Origin: Mayamaea pseudoterrestris
Taxonomy: Eukaryota
Assembly (NCBI GenBank): GCA_027923505.1
Contig: BROI01000002.1
Span: 1,922,001 to 1,986,000, forward strand
Direction: 5' to 3'
Length of the DNA: 64,000 nt
Positions 20,199 through 29,799 of this stretch are shown piece by piece. A program made the position numbers and the translations under genes. The stretch's first letter is position 1; each line of letters opens with the position of its first letter. The notes beneath the pieces were generated by a model that was given only the letters and a program-made list of their open reading frames with translations, had not been told where the DNA came from and did not search any database.

Positions 20199-21038
20199 AT
20201 GCATGTATATGACTTTAATAGCAAAGTTGCTAGTCTAGTGCTGCTCCTCTTGATGAGCTTGGAGGGTTCCAAGGCGTTTGTCGCAAGCAGCCAAAAATGC
20301 TTCCTTGATGGCCATCGCCGAACCTTTGCGTCTTCTGCATCAGTTCAGGCAATCTCCGAACAAAGCATTCAATCTTCTTCCGAAACAAAAGCGTCTGCAT
20401 CAAATCTGCTGCAAGCAAAGCAAGACCTTCTTCATTTACTGCCTCGCATGACTGGACAAGCCGACGAATTTCGACGCGTCGAGCAGCTGGTCAATACACT
20501 CGAAAACCAGTACCAACCAGCGCAAACGCTGCAGTTTCTCAACTTTGCCATGCAGGGAGATTGGCAGTTGCTATTTTCGACAAACTTGGCTGGATTGCCA
20601 ATGATGAATCCAAATATTTTTCGATTGCGCGAGCAGTATCAACGCGCCGCATGCAACGGACTGGAAGGAACGTTGCAAACCGAAGCAACGTGGGATTTTG
20701 CGCAAGCTCAAGCTGGCATTTTTGACGTTTCCGGAACGTTCCAAGTGACGAGTCGCTACAAGATTACGCAGGGCGCCCGCATGGTGGTGCAGGAGCAGCC
20801 GGACCATGTGTTGACTCTGGCGCAAGGGTCGGCTGTTCCGAATGATGCGCAAGCCTTGGTGGGAATGCTGCATCGAAGCATGCCCAAGGAGCTTTTCGAT
20901 GCTTCGGAGCATGGCATTGATCCGACGTATCTGGACGCCGACTTGAAGATTGTTCGATACACTGGTCCGCGATTGGAAGGTGTACGAGACATTTTCATTC
21001 GACGAGGCTCTCTCGTCGTTGATCCAACTGCGTCGTGA
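20199..21038 (+). CDS. Plastid lipid-associated protein / fibrillin-like
   Basis: Signal peptide plus SKA-FV plastid-type motif; K..LL...VEQLVNTLE, GDWQLLFST, TYLDADLKIVR. Confidence 0.7.
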   Translation: MHVYDFNSKVASLVLLLLMSLEGSKAFVASSQKCFLDGHRRTFASSASVQAISEQSIQSSSETKASASNLLQAKQDLLHLLPRMTGQADEFRRVEQLVNTLENQYQPAQTLQFLNFAMQGDWQLLFSTNLAGLPMMNPNIFRLREQYQRAACNGLEGTLQTEATWDFAQAQAGIFDVSGTFQVTSRYKITQGARMVVQEQPDHVLTLAQGSAVPNDAQALVGMLHRSMPKELFDASEHGIDPTYLDADLKIVRYTGPRLEGVRDIFIRRGSLVVDPTAS

Positions 21039-21703
21039 GGTCTGCAAGGGTAACAGTAATTGACGCGGATTGATCTTTCGACCCAGGAATAAATTCTCCT
21101 GGAATTAGTGTAGTCCAAAGCCAATGGCCACGACTCTCACAGCCCTCGACATTGCGGTGAAGGGCGCAAAACAGAAGAACGGTGGGCGCACCTTTTAATG
21201 CCTGTGAGTTCCTGTCTACTAAAAGTCTCAGGTGTTAAACTATAACATAACTAGTTATAACCATAATTGGTCTAACATTTATTAACTGTTTTTTGAATTC
21301 ACAGCCTTTTTCTGACACCCACCAAATAGCTAGTGTCTCAACGGTTTCACTTGAATGACCGTCGATGCGTCACATTCGTCACGCAACAGCCCCTCTTGGC
21401 GCGCTCGCCGCGCCACGGAACGCAATCGCCATGGATCGAAAATGAGCGAGATTCCGTCTCTGACCCAACAGCCCCATTCGATAGAGACACCAAAAGCAGC
21501 TGCCTACCGACAATGTGGTTGGTCTCTGCTGCAACATGACTACTGACGTGTCCCACCTTGCTGATACGTGCGCCTCCGTGGAGGCAAAGGTGAAAGGGCC
21601 TCAACCCATCGTAACACAATCTCGCAGGTCGAAAGGAAACGTACTTGCTTGACAAGCTACCAAGGAACAACTCGTATCAATCATCAATCAATCGCCATCG
21701 ACC

Positions 21704-23020
21704 ATGAAGATTAGCGGAAGCTTTCTCCTCCTCGCCTCTGGTGCTGCTGCCTTTACGCAAGGTCCATCTCCCTTTGCCTTCAAGACGGCTGAAAGTTCGT
21801 CGTCGACGGCCGTCTTTAGCTCGTACCTTTCCGACATTAACAGCAGCAATGGCCGCTTCAGCTCCAACGGAGGCGCGCGGCAAATGGGTAACCGGGACAT
21901 GAACACGCAACGTCGAAACGTTCAGATTGACCGCAACAACGACATGGTTCCGCCATTGGCTCGCCGGGAGGATGATCAAGTGGTACGTGTGTTGTGACAA
22001 GCTGCACGCTGTCCGCAATTGATCCATTCTGACTTGTCGTATTGCCCTTTCTCATTCTCTTGCATTCATCAGCGCCGCTTGGAACAGCGCCTCAACCAAC
22101 TCGAGCGGACCAACCGGGAGCAAGCCCGCCGCCTTCGATCGCCCGACTCATCAATGGGCTACCGCGACAATAGTCGCAGCAACAACATGGATTACCGCGA
22201 GACCAGCAGCAACAATCGCATCATGTCCAACAACCGCATGGACTACCGCGGCAGCAGCGACTACCCATCCGAGCCTGGTCCAGCCGCCATTATTACGGAC
22301 CTTGCTCCCCGCGTCGCCGTGCAGGGAGGCTCGCTTAAGACGTGGTCGTACGCGAGTCCCAACGTGGAGCGTATTCACGTTGTACTAAAGACGGACGGCC
22401 GTCCACTGGAGGCTGACGTGAGCCTTTGGCAGGGACCAGACAATACGCCGCACAAGATGAGAGTGTACTTGGAGAATGGTGCTGAGCGTCCCTTTAGCGC
22501 CGTCTTTGAAACGCCGCGCGGACCAAACACGGTCAGTATTCGCAACAAGGGGCAGTTGGAGTTTCCTCTGCAGGCCCATGTACTCGCCGAAGACTTTGCT
22601 ACACCAACGTCGCTTCCAGCGGCGCGCAAGAATGACTTGATTGGTGAAAGCATGACAGTCCAAGGTGGTGCCTTGCGCACATATCCCTTTGATCCGTCGG
22701 TGGAAAGTGTCGCCGTGCTCTTGGCCACGGATGGACGTCCATTGAATGCTCGCATCGAACTACTCCAAGGACCAAACAACAACAAGCAAGTCGTTGAAGT
22801 ATACACGGAGGATGGCTTGGACCGACCCTTCTTCATGGTCATTGAAACTCCCGGCAGCGGTAACGTCGTGCGCGTCGTCAACACGGCCACGGTGGAGTTT
22901 CCGTTGACCGCATGGGTGGAGCCGCACATTATTGGATTCTCGCCATCCGGCTTGGAGCCTGTCATTGGCGGAAGCGATGGAGGCATTTTGGACCGCGAGT
23001 TTGTCAACCGCGACTGGTAG
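21704..23020 (+). CDS. PyShell-like diatom pyrenoid shell protein; intron 21983-22072
   Basis: Signal peptide plus AAA-FT motif. Two ~100-aa repeats VQGG.L.T...L.TDGRPL.A...L.QGP.N...VY.E.G..RPF..V.ETP...N.V...N....EFPL, matching my recollection of the PyShell family. Confidence 0.7.
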
Positions 23021-23384
23021 ACGAGGCACTCTGGGTCCGTGTGTGTGTATGATACATTATCAATCAGCTTGTAGCCCGTACTAGTTACATGCATAAAACT
23101 ACTAGTAAGCTGATATAAAACTTTATACTTTTGTTTGGTAGTGATGGTGAAGCACAATTGTTATAGAATGAATGGGCAATGGCTGGTTGGATATGGATTG
23201 CGTCTTTGTCAAAACAAGATAGCTAAAATTAATGTCGCACTGGTGGCCAAGTAACGCTGCGATGATGCCACCAGCCGACCTTCATTTTTTTCTCTGCCGA
23301 TTCGTCATCGCGCAGTCGCTTGCACGACCAAGAAATACAGACCGCCTCCATCTGATAAACCTAATTTGATTGATATGAGATAGT

Positions 23385-24710
23385 ATGCATTTACGACTTG
23401 TGGAATTGGTACTTGTTCGTGCAATACTTTCCACATCCTTTTTGACGAGGTCCGTTTCTGCGCTGCAGTCGGCACGTTGTTGCAATGTGAGACTATTACG
23501 GTCGCCGTTTCCTGGCACTGGCGTCATTAAGAGAGGCGGATTCTCGAAGCAAAACTCGCTCTTGAAGGACATGGATTTGGATGTAGTTGAATGCGAACAA
23601 GTGGCAGGACTGACGGCGCCAGACAAAACGGATGCGACTGCAGAATCACTCGCATCAAGCCAAACAAAAGAACCATTTCTTCCAATTAACATGCCATCAC
23701 AATCAATCCTTCTCTTGAATCTAGTTGCCATTCTGTGGGGTAGTCAGCATGCTGTCATAAAACTATGCGTCCAAGACAGTCCCGATGCAGCCGGTCCCTT
23801 TACGTTGCTCCGGTTTGGCATTGCCGCTCTCCTCGCCAGTCCATTTACGCCAGGACTAAAAAGTCTCATCTCGTCGCTAGCGAATAAGAGCGATTCTAGT
23901 ACATTCGAATCATCGGCAAACGATCTTCAACAAATATGGCGCTGGGGCTTGGAGCTGGGCTTTTGGATGTTCCTTGGATTTTCCTTTCAAGCGATTGGTC
24001 TCGAATATACGACGGCACAAAAATCTGGCTTTCTCTTGTACTTGAACGTTAAATTTGTTCCAATACTAGCCTTTGTTCTACTAGGACGAAGCATATCAAT
24101 TCCAACATGGGTTTCCGCCTTTGCAGCCTTTACTGGAACAGCTCTTTTGGCAACGTCGGGAGTGGCAAATGGCGCTGATCCAACATTCGTCGCTGCTTCG
24201 TCGATCAACATTGGGGACGCTTGGAGCATTGCTGCAGCTCTAGCGTCTGCCATGTTCATTCTGCGACTTGAAAAGGCGTCGGAGCAAGTCAAGGACGCCG
24301 CGCAACTGAATGCGGCGTGCTTGTGGGTTGTAACGCTCTTTGCTGCATTGTGGACAATCGCCCAATCAGGTGGCAACGGCGACTTGATGACAAGGTTACA
24401 AGGAACTTGGGACCAAATTGTTACTATTGCATCAAACCATACACTAGAGCTTATGTATTTAAGTGGTGTCACGACAGCATTGGCCAACTGGATCCAGACA
24501 AAGGCGCAACGTGAGGTATCAGCTGAGCGAGCTTCCGTCATTTACGCCATGGATCCCGTGTATGGCGCCGTTTTCTCGAGTGTTTTGTTGGGAGAAAATC
24601 TCAATGGCTTCCAAGGCTGGCTGGGCGCTGGTATCATTGCAGCCGCTGCAGCCACTAATGCTTTCATAGACTTGCCGCGGCTAAGTGACGAATCGAAATC
24701 CAAGGAATGA
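23385..24710 (+). CDS. EamA/DMT-family transporter
   Basis: AILWGSQHAVIK, LLRFGIAALL, QAIGLEYTTAQKSGFL, AQREVSAERASVIYAMDPVYGA; about 10 TM segments; N-terminal extension. Confidence 0.88.
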   Translation: MHLRLVELVLVRAILSTSFLTRSVSALQSARCCNVRLLRSPFPGTGVIKRGGFSKQNSLLKDMDLDVVECEQVAGLTAPDKTDATAESLASSQTKEPFLPINMPSQSILLLNLVAILWGSQHAVIKLCVQDSPDAAGPFTLLRFGIAALLASPFTPGLKSLISSLANKSDSSTFESSANDLQQIWRWGLELGFWMFLGFSFQAIGLEYTTAQKSGFLLYLNVKFVPILAFVLLGRSISIPTWVSAFAAFTGTALLATSGVANGADPTFVAASSINIGDAWSIAAALASAMFILRLEKASEQVKDAAQLNAACLWVVTLFAALWTIAQSGGNGDLMTRLQGTWDQIVTIASNHTLELMYLSGVTTALANWIQTKAQREVSAERASVIYAMDPVYGAVFSSVLLGENLNGFQGWLGAGIIAAAAATNAFIDLPRLSDESKSKE

Positions 24711-24854
24711 AATATATATATATGAATCGATACAGCCGAGGTTCTACGATATATTTAGACATTGTTGTGATAAGCTCAACTAAACTATGAGTTACCACTT
24801 CTCTTAATTGCTAACATGCATTTGAACTTTGAAACAATTGCTCACTTGGTGCTT

Positions 24855-26069
24855 CTACGAATCACCCGACGACGAAGGAAACTCAAAAGCAGCAATTGGT
24901 GCGGCCACTGGCGAAGTCAAAGGCTCGACGTAAGTCGGGACCGTCGGAGGATGTACAGGGGCGTGAGGAGCGAGCGCCGTCGAATGCGGAGGCACCGGCA
25001 CCGCGCCGCTGCTGGCAGGAGTGGGATGGGGAGCCACTGGGACCGCACCGCTGCTAGCAGTAGGTGCTTCCGGAGCAATTGGAACAGCTTCATGTTCGTC
25101 GCCATCACCATCGCCATCGCCTTCGCCTACATCATCTTCCGCATCGTCATCAGCCACTGCATCTTGTTCCACTTTATCCTCTCCAGCAACCGTTGCTTGT
25201 TCGGTGGGAGCCTCAGCCACAACGTTGTCGATCGATCTACTACCAAACACTGGAGTCGGCGGTTCCACGTAAATTCCTACCGAAGCCAACTTGGAGCTTC
25301 CAGGCTGCTGCTGTAAGCCTTGCTTCAAGTCGCCCTTGCTCTTACGTTCACCGCCTGTCCGTCCGCCTCCTTGACGGGCTCCTCCCTGACGATTGCCTCC
25401 TCGGCGGCGAGCACCACCTCGACGACGACGGGCTCCACGACGGGCTCCACCCTTGCGACGGCCACCGCTTCTACCGCCATCGCATGAGCGACGTTCATCG
25501 CTGCGGCCAGCTCCGATACTTTCAACCGTCACTTCACCTTTCGGAGCCTTGCTATTTTTGACGCCTTTCGGTGCTTTGGTTCCCTTGGGGGCTTTTGTGC
25601 CTTTAGGTACCTTGGTGCCTTTTGGAGCCTTTGTTCCCTTTGGGGCCTTGGACTCCGGGATGGCCTGGAGGATGCGATGGTTGTGCATGCGGCCGGTGTG
25701 GGCGCGCTCCTCGTTGCGGTGGCGATGGCCGTTTCCCTTGAGCTTGCGACTGAAGCCTTCCGAATGCTTGGCGACATGTTCATGTTCCTTGTGGTCGGGT
25801 TCCTCGTGAGGCTCTTCGCGCTCGTGTTCATGTTCGTGATCATGAGGGACGCGACCGCCCTTGAGCTGACGTTGCGCGAGCGGCAATGGCTTGTGGCGCA
25901 GCAAGCGAGGAAACTGGTCTTCTTTCTCAAGAACATTGACTTGATGAGTGTTCGTAGCGATGGAAGCGTCGTTGGTTGAATCCGTCTTGATGGATGTAGC
26001 GGCAGCGAGAGCTCCTGGCTTGGCGGAAACGAAGCAAGCGAGCGCGAGGAAGGAAGCCTTGATGATCAT
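24855..26069 (-). CDS. Secreted low-complexity silaffin-like protein (RXL sites, KXXK array)
   Basis: Signal peptide; RLL, RQL, RKL, RIL; His/Glu-rich, Lys-periodic, Arg/Gly-rich, acidic and Pro/Ala-rich blocks. Confidence 0.7.
   Translation of the reverse strand: MIIKASFLALACFVSAKPGALAAATSIKTDSTNDASIATNTHQVNVLEKEDQFPRLLRHKPLPLAQRQLKGGRVPHDHEHEHEREEPHEEPDHKEHEHVAKHSEGFSRKLKGNGHRHRNEERAHTGRMHNHRILQAIPESKAPKGTKAPKGTKVPKGTKAPKGTKAPKGVKNSKAPKGEVTVESIGAGRSDERRSCDGGRSGGRRKGGARRGARRRRGGARRRGGNRQGGARQGGGRTGGERKSKGDLKQGLQQQPGSSKLASVGIYVEPPTPVFGSRSIDNVVAEAPTEQATVAGEDKVEQDAVADDDAEDDVGEGDGDGDGDEHEAVPIAPEAPTASSGAVPVAPHPTPASSGAVPVPPHSTALAPHAPVHPPTVPTYVEPLTSPVAAPIAAFEFPSSSGDS
25539..25649 (-). repeat. Coding 18-nt tandem repeat (KAPKGT)n
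   Basis: KAPKGTKAPKGTKVPKGTKAPKGTKAPKGVKNSKAPK: 13 Lys, one every third residue. Confidence 0.9.
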
Positions 26070-26599
26070 GCTGTCGTTGTTCTTGATGGTCGAGATTGAA
26101 AGCTGATATTGGTGCGAGCGAGCTCTTTCTTCGAATTGTGAGCTGATTCATGTCGAGAAACTTGGTCGCCGTCTGCGACGTTGAGCGTTGATCGCTGATT
26201 GCTGGCGACGTTGTGCTTGACCGTTTCACCGCAAGCGTACACTGCATATCACTCTACAATCGTTGCTGCCGCAAGTCTCCAGCTTCATACATGGTCGCCC
26301 AATTGGTAGGTTTTGGAGGGATGTGCGTTGTCGAATGTGGCATCGCCGCTTAACGATCCACATGGCGGTGAGGAACAATCTCATGGTTGGATTCGTCGTC
26401 ACAGTTCTCAAATGTTGAAAACGTCATAATGACGCAGCGAGTACCGAGAGTCGGAGCGGTACTCCGATTCTTCTCTGCATTTTTTGCACCAAGCTTTCAT
26501 TATGTGATGCATGTTGCACGACCAAATGTCGACGCATACCGCAGTACACTCACCTTTACAGACAGTTATCTTTTATTCAAGTCTTGGTGAAGAGTTAAC

Positions 26600-27946
26600 A
26601 TGAGAATAAAGCCTCGGAGGAAGTCTGATTCGCGAAAGAAACGCCTGCGACGAGTCGTCATCATAATTGCTGTCAGTCTTGTGTGGATTGTCGTCGCTGT
26701 TCAATGCGGCACCTATCTATACCACGACAATCACGGAAAAAGAATCATTGTGAATGATACCAGTCAGTCTTTGTTACAAGAGCCGAATAATTTACTCCGT
26801 TTGAAAGGGACAGTCCAGGACGTTGCCCGTCACGCGCAAGAGAAGCAACAGCTGCCAACGACAATGACGCCGTATGAGTCACCTGTGCTTATTTTTACCT
26901 GCAAGCGGGAACAATATCTGAAAGAAACTCTTGACGATATACTCAAGTACATTCCAACCGATTGCAGCATGGGATGTCCCGTCGTTATATCCCAGGACGG
27001 CAACGATCCAGCTGTTGCGACCGTCATTCGACAAGCACAGATAAACTTTCTACTAACGGCCAACATCCCCGTCATTCACTGGCAGCATTCCAGCTCACTT
27101 CGCGGAGCAGTCAACGCGTACCAAGCGCTAGCTGTGCACTATGGCTGGGCTCTGCGAAAAGTCTTTGGCGACGAAACACTTGCCTCCAATGTGCAAGTTC
27201 GCCCACGGCGCGTCGTTATTCTTGAGGAAGACTTGCACGTGGCACCTGATTTCTTCGCCTACTTTAAGGCGACAGCACCCATTCTAGATAATGATAAGAC
27301 TCTACTAGCAGTTTCAGCCTTTAATGACAACGGCTTCCACGGCAAGGTCAAGGATCCGACTCGGATACTGCGGAGCGACTTTTTCCCTGGCCTCGGCTGG
27401 ATGATGACCCGTCGACTATGGGAGAATGAGTTGGATAAAAAGTGGCCAAGCGGCTACTGGGATGACTGGCTACGACTAGCGGCGCAGCGCCAGGGACGAC
27501 ACGTTTTGCGACCCGAAGTGAGTCGGACCTATCACTTTGGTGTTCAGGGTGGGGCGTCAGGCAATCAGTTTGGTGGCTTACTCCAGCGTATTGAGTTGGA
27601 CACGGAGCCTGTAGACTGGGGCAGCCAAGACTTGAATTTTCTGTCATCAATAGAGGAGTACGATGGCCAATACTGGTCCCTAATTCGTGGCGCCAAGCAT
27701 GTCAACACCATTGCCGAGGGGATGGAAGCATGCAAATTAACCAATGTGCTCGTCGAGTATCAGGACATGCATGGCTTTCGCGAAATTGCTAGACACTTGG
27801 ATCTAATGCTTGATGAGAAGGACGGCATTCTTCGAACATCCTACAAGGGAGTGGTTGAAACTCGTCCCTATGGGAACAATCTACTCTTTTTGACACCACC
27901 ACTCGGCGAGCTACAAATATTGTTGCAGCATGTTGCTGATCATTAG
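26600..27946 (+). CDS. MGAT1: N-acetylglucosaminyltransferase I (GT13), copy A
   Basis: Type II TM anchor; ISQDG, HYGWAL, ILEEDL.VAPDFF, VSAFNDNG, RSDFFPGLGWM, WDDWLR, RPEVSRT.HFG. Confidence 0.9.
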   Translation: MRIKPRRKSDSRKKRLRRVVIIIAVSLVWIVVAVQCGTYLYHDNHGKRIIVNDTSQSLLQEPNNLLRLKGTVQDVARHAQEKQQLPTTMTPYESPVLIFTCKREQYLKETLDDILKYIPTDCSMGCPVVISQDGNDPAVATVIRQAQINFLLTANIPVIHWQHSSSLRGAVNAYQALAVHYGWALRKVFGDETLASNVQVRPRRVVILEEDLHVAPDFFAYFKATAPILDNDKTLLAVSAFNDNGFHGKVKDPTRILRSDFFPGLGWMMTRRLWENELDKKWPSGYWDDWLRLAAQRQGRHVLRPEVSRTYHFGVQGGASGNQFGGLLQRIELDTEPVDWGSQDLNFLSSIEEYDGQYWSLIRGAKHVNTIAEGMEACKLTNVLVEYQDMHGFREIARHLDLMLDEKDGILRTSYKGVVETRPYGNNLLFLTPPLGELQILLQHVADH

Positions 27947-28473
27947 CCTTCGCAAAAACATGGCTATTAATCCGACGAAACAAATTCTGCTTTCGCTGCT
28001 GATCGCAGTAGCAGAAAAATTCGCTGCTCGGAGAACTCTGGGCCAGGCAGGCAATACCCTTACCGGTATGTACATCAGTCAGGACAGTCGGTCGGTCACG
28101 CGACGGCTTAGTCCGAGCGATGCCATGTTCGAGTAAATAAACCGCTGAAATGGACAATACACTTGTGAGCAATCATCTTCTATATTATTATTCTTCTGCT
28201 CTTTTGCTTAGAAGTGGTTAACAAGGTGGCGCCTTGCAATACGACGTAGAATGGAGTTCTTGGTCTTATCGCCAAATGAATACCGGAGCGACTATGTGAG
28301 TTCCATTGGCAAAACAACAACGTGTCGATGACAACGATGTTTGTGCCTCCACAAAGTACGTAGCCTTGCGATTTCGTACCCAAGCACTTTATGGCGACTT
28401 TCTTTCCCTGATTGCAGGATACCAGGTCCATCCAGGCATCTGATTTGCTGTAGCTTGGAATTGACTCTAAGAA

Positions 28474-29784
28474 ATGACGCGACGTAGCGTCGTCCTTGTG
28501 ACAGCCGTTTGCTTCGTCGTCACCGTCCAATTCTTCTTCCAAATTACTTCCAAAGAGCCAGCAATCGCCGAGAAAGTGACTGACTCAAGACGAGAAGAAA
28601 TATCCAACTTACTGCGTGTAAATTTGAAAGCTCGCAATGCTTCTCATTCTGCCCCAATCGAGCTTGCTTCGTCACCGCCTTCGCCATTGTCGACCATTGC
28701 TCTGGCACCCTATGAATCGCCCCTATTGCTTTTCACCTGCAGGCGACCCCATTACTTGAAGGAAACATTGGACTACATTATTAAGTACATTCCTCATGAC
28801 TGCAGTATGGGCTGTCCCTTCATCATTTCTCAGGATGGGGACGACGTTGAAGTTGCAAAAGTTATCCAAAAGGCACAAGTTCGATTCCAGGAGCAGGCAA
28901 ACGTTTCAGTCATTCACTGGCAACATTCTAAACCACAAGCGATTTCTAACGCCTATGAAGCACTTGCGATTCACTACGGATGGGCGCTGCAAAAGCTGTT
29001 TTCCAATGCATCGCTGGACGAACCCAATGATTCTCCGTTTCCAAGACGCGTTTTGATTCTAGAGGAAGACTTGCATGTGGCGCCCGACTTTTTTGACTAC
29101 TTTACCTCCATGGCTCCCATACTGGATCAGGATTCAAGCGTGTATGCAGTATCAGCCTTTAACGATAATGGTTTTCGCGGCAAAGTCAAGGACGTGACTC
29201 GCGTCCTACGCACTGACTTTTTCCCTGGTCTTGGTTGGATGATGACCCGACGGCTCTGGGAGGAGGAACTCCAACAAAAGTGGCCACGGATATATTGGGA
29301 TGGCTGGCTACGGCTTGGCGCCCAACGCAAGGGGCGGCATACTTTGAGACCAGAAGTGAGCCGAACGTTTCACTTTGGAACCATGGGCGGTGCGTCGGGA
29401 AACCAATATGGAGGATTGCTGCAACGCATTCAATTGAATTCGGAGCGCGTTGACTGGAGCAAACGCAATTTGACCAATTTGTCAATCACGGACGAGTATG
29501 ATCGTCAGTACTGGAAGTTAATCCGCAGTGCGAAACGAGTGCAAACACGTGAGGAAGCTTTGCAACATTGCAACGCTACGAACGTTCTAATCGAATACAA
29601 GGATTTGGAGGATTTTCGTATCGTTGCAAAAGATTTGGAGCTCATGGTTGATAACAAAGACGGTATTTTACGAACATCGTACAAGGGAGTAGTGGAAACG
29701 CGACCTTGTGGCAACAATTTACTGTTCTTGACGCCGCCGTTTGATGAGCTCCGCAGGTCCTTTCAACTTGTTGCCAACATGTAA
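28474..29784 (+). CDS. MGAT1: N-acetylglucosaminyltransferase I (GT13), copy B
   Basis: Same motifs as copy A, with WDGWLR in place of WDDWLR and a different TM/stem. Confidence 0.85.
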   Translation: MTRRSVVLVTAVCFVVTVQFFFQITSKEPAIAEKVTDSRREEISNLLRVNLKARNASHSAPIELASSPPSPLSTIALAPYESPLLLFTCRRPHYLKETLDYIIKYIPHDCSMGCPFIISQDGDDVEVAKVIQKAQVRFQEQANVSVIHWQHSKPQAISNAYEALAIHYGWALQKLFSNASLDEPNDSPFPRRVLILEEDLHVAPDFFDYFTSMAPILDQDSSVYAVSAFNDNGFRGKVKDVTRVLRTDFFPGLGWMMTRRLWEEELQQKWPRIYWDGWLRLGAQRKGRHTLRPEVSRTFHFGTMGGASGNQYGGLLQRIQLNSERVDWSKRNLTNLSITDEYDRQYWKLIRSAKRVQTREEALQHCNATNVLIEYKDLEDFRIVAKDLELMVDNKDGILRTSYKGVVETRPCGNNLLFLTPPFDELRRSFQLVANM

Positions 29785-29799
29785 CATGCAAGTGGAAAG

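Noticed and set aside
21202..21304. AT-rich patch flanked by a 9/10 inverted match (CTGTGAGTTC / GAATTCACAG), a possible MITE
   Set aside because: The repeat is too short, with no clear TSD and no second copy in the window.
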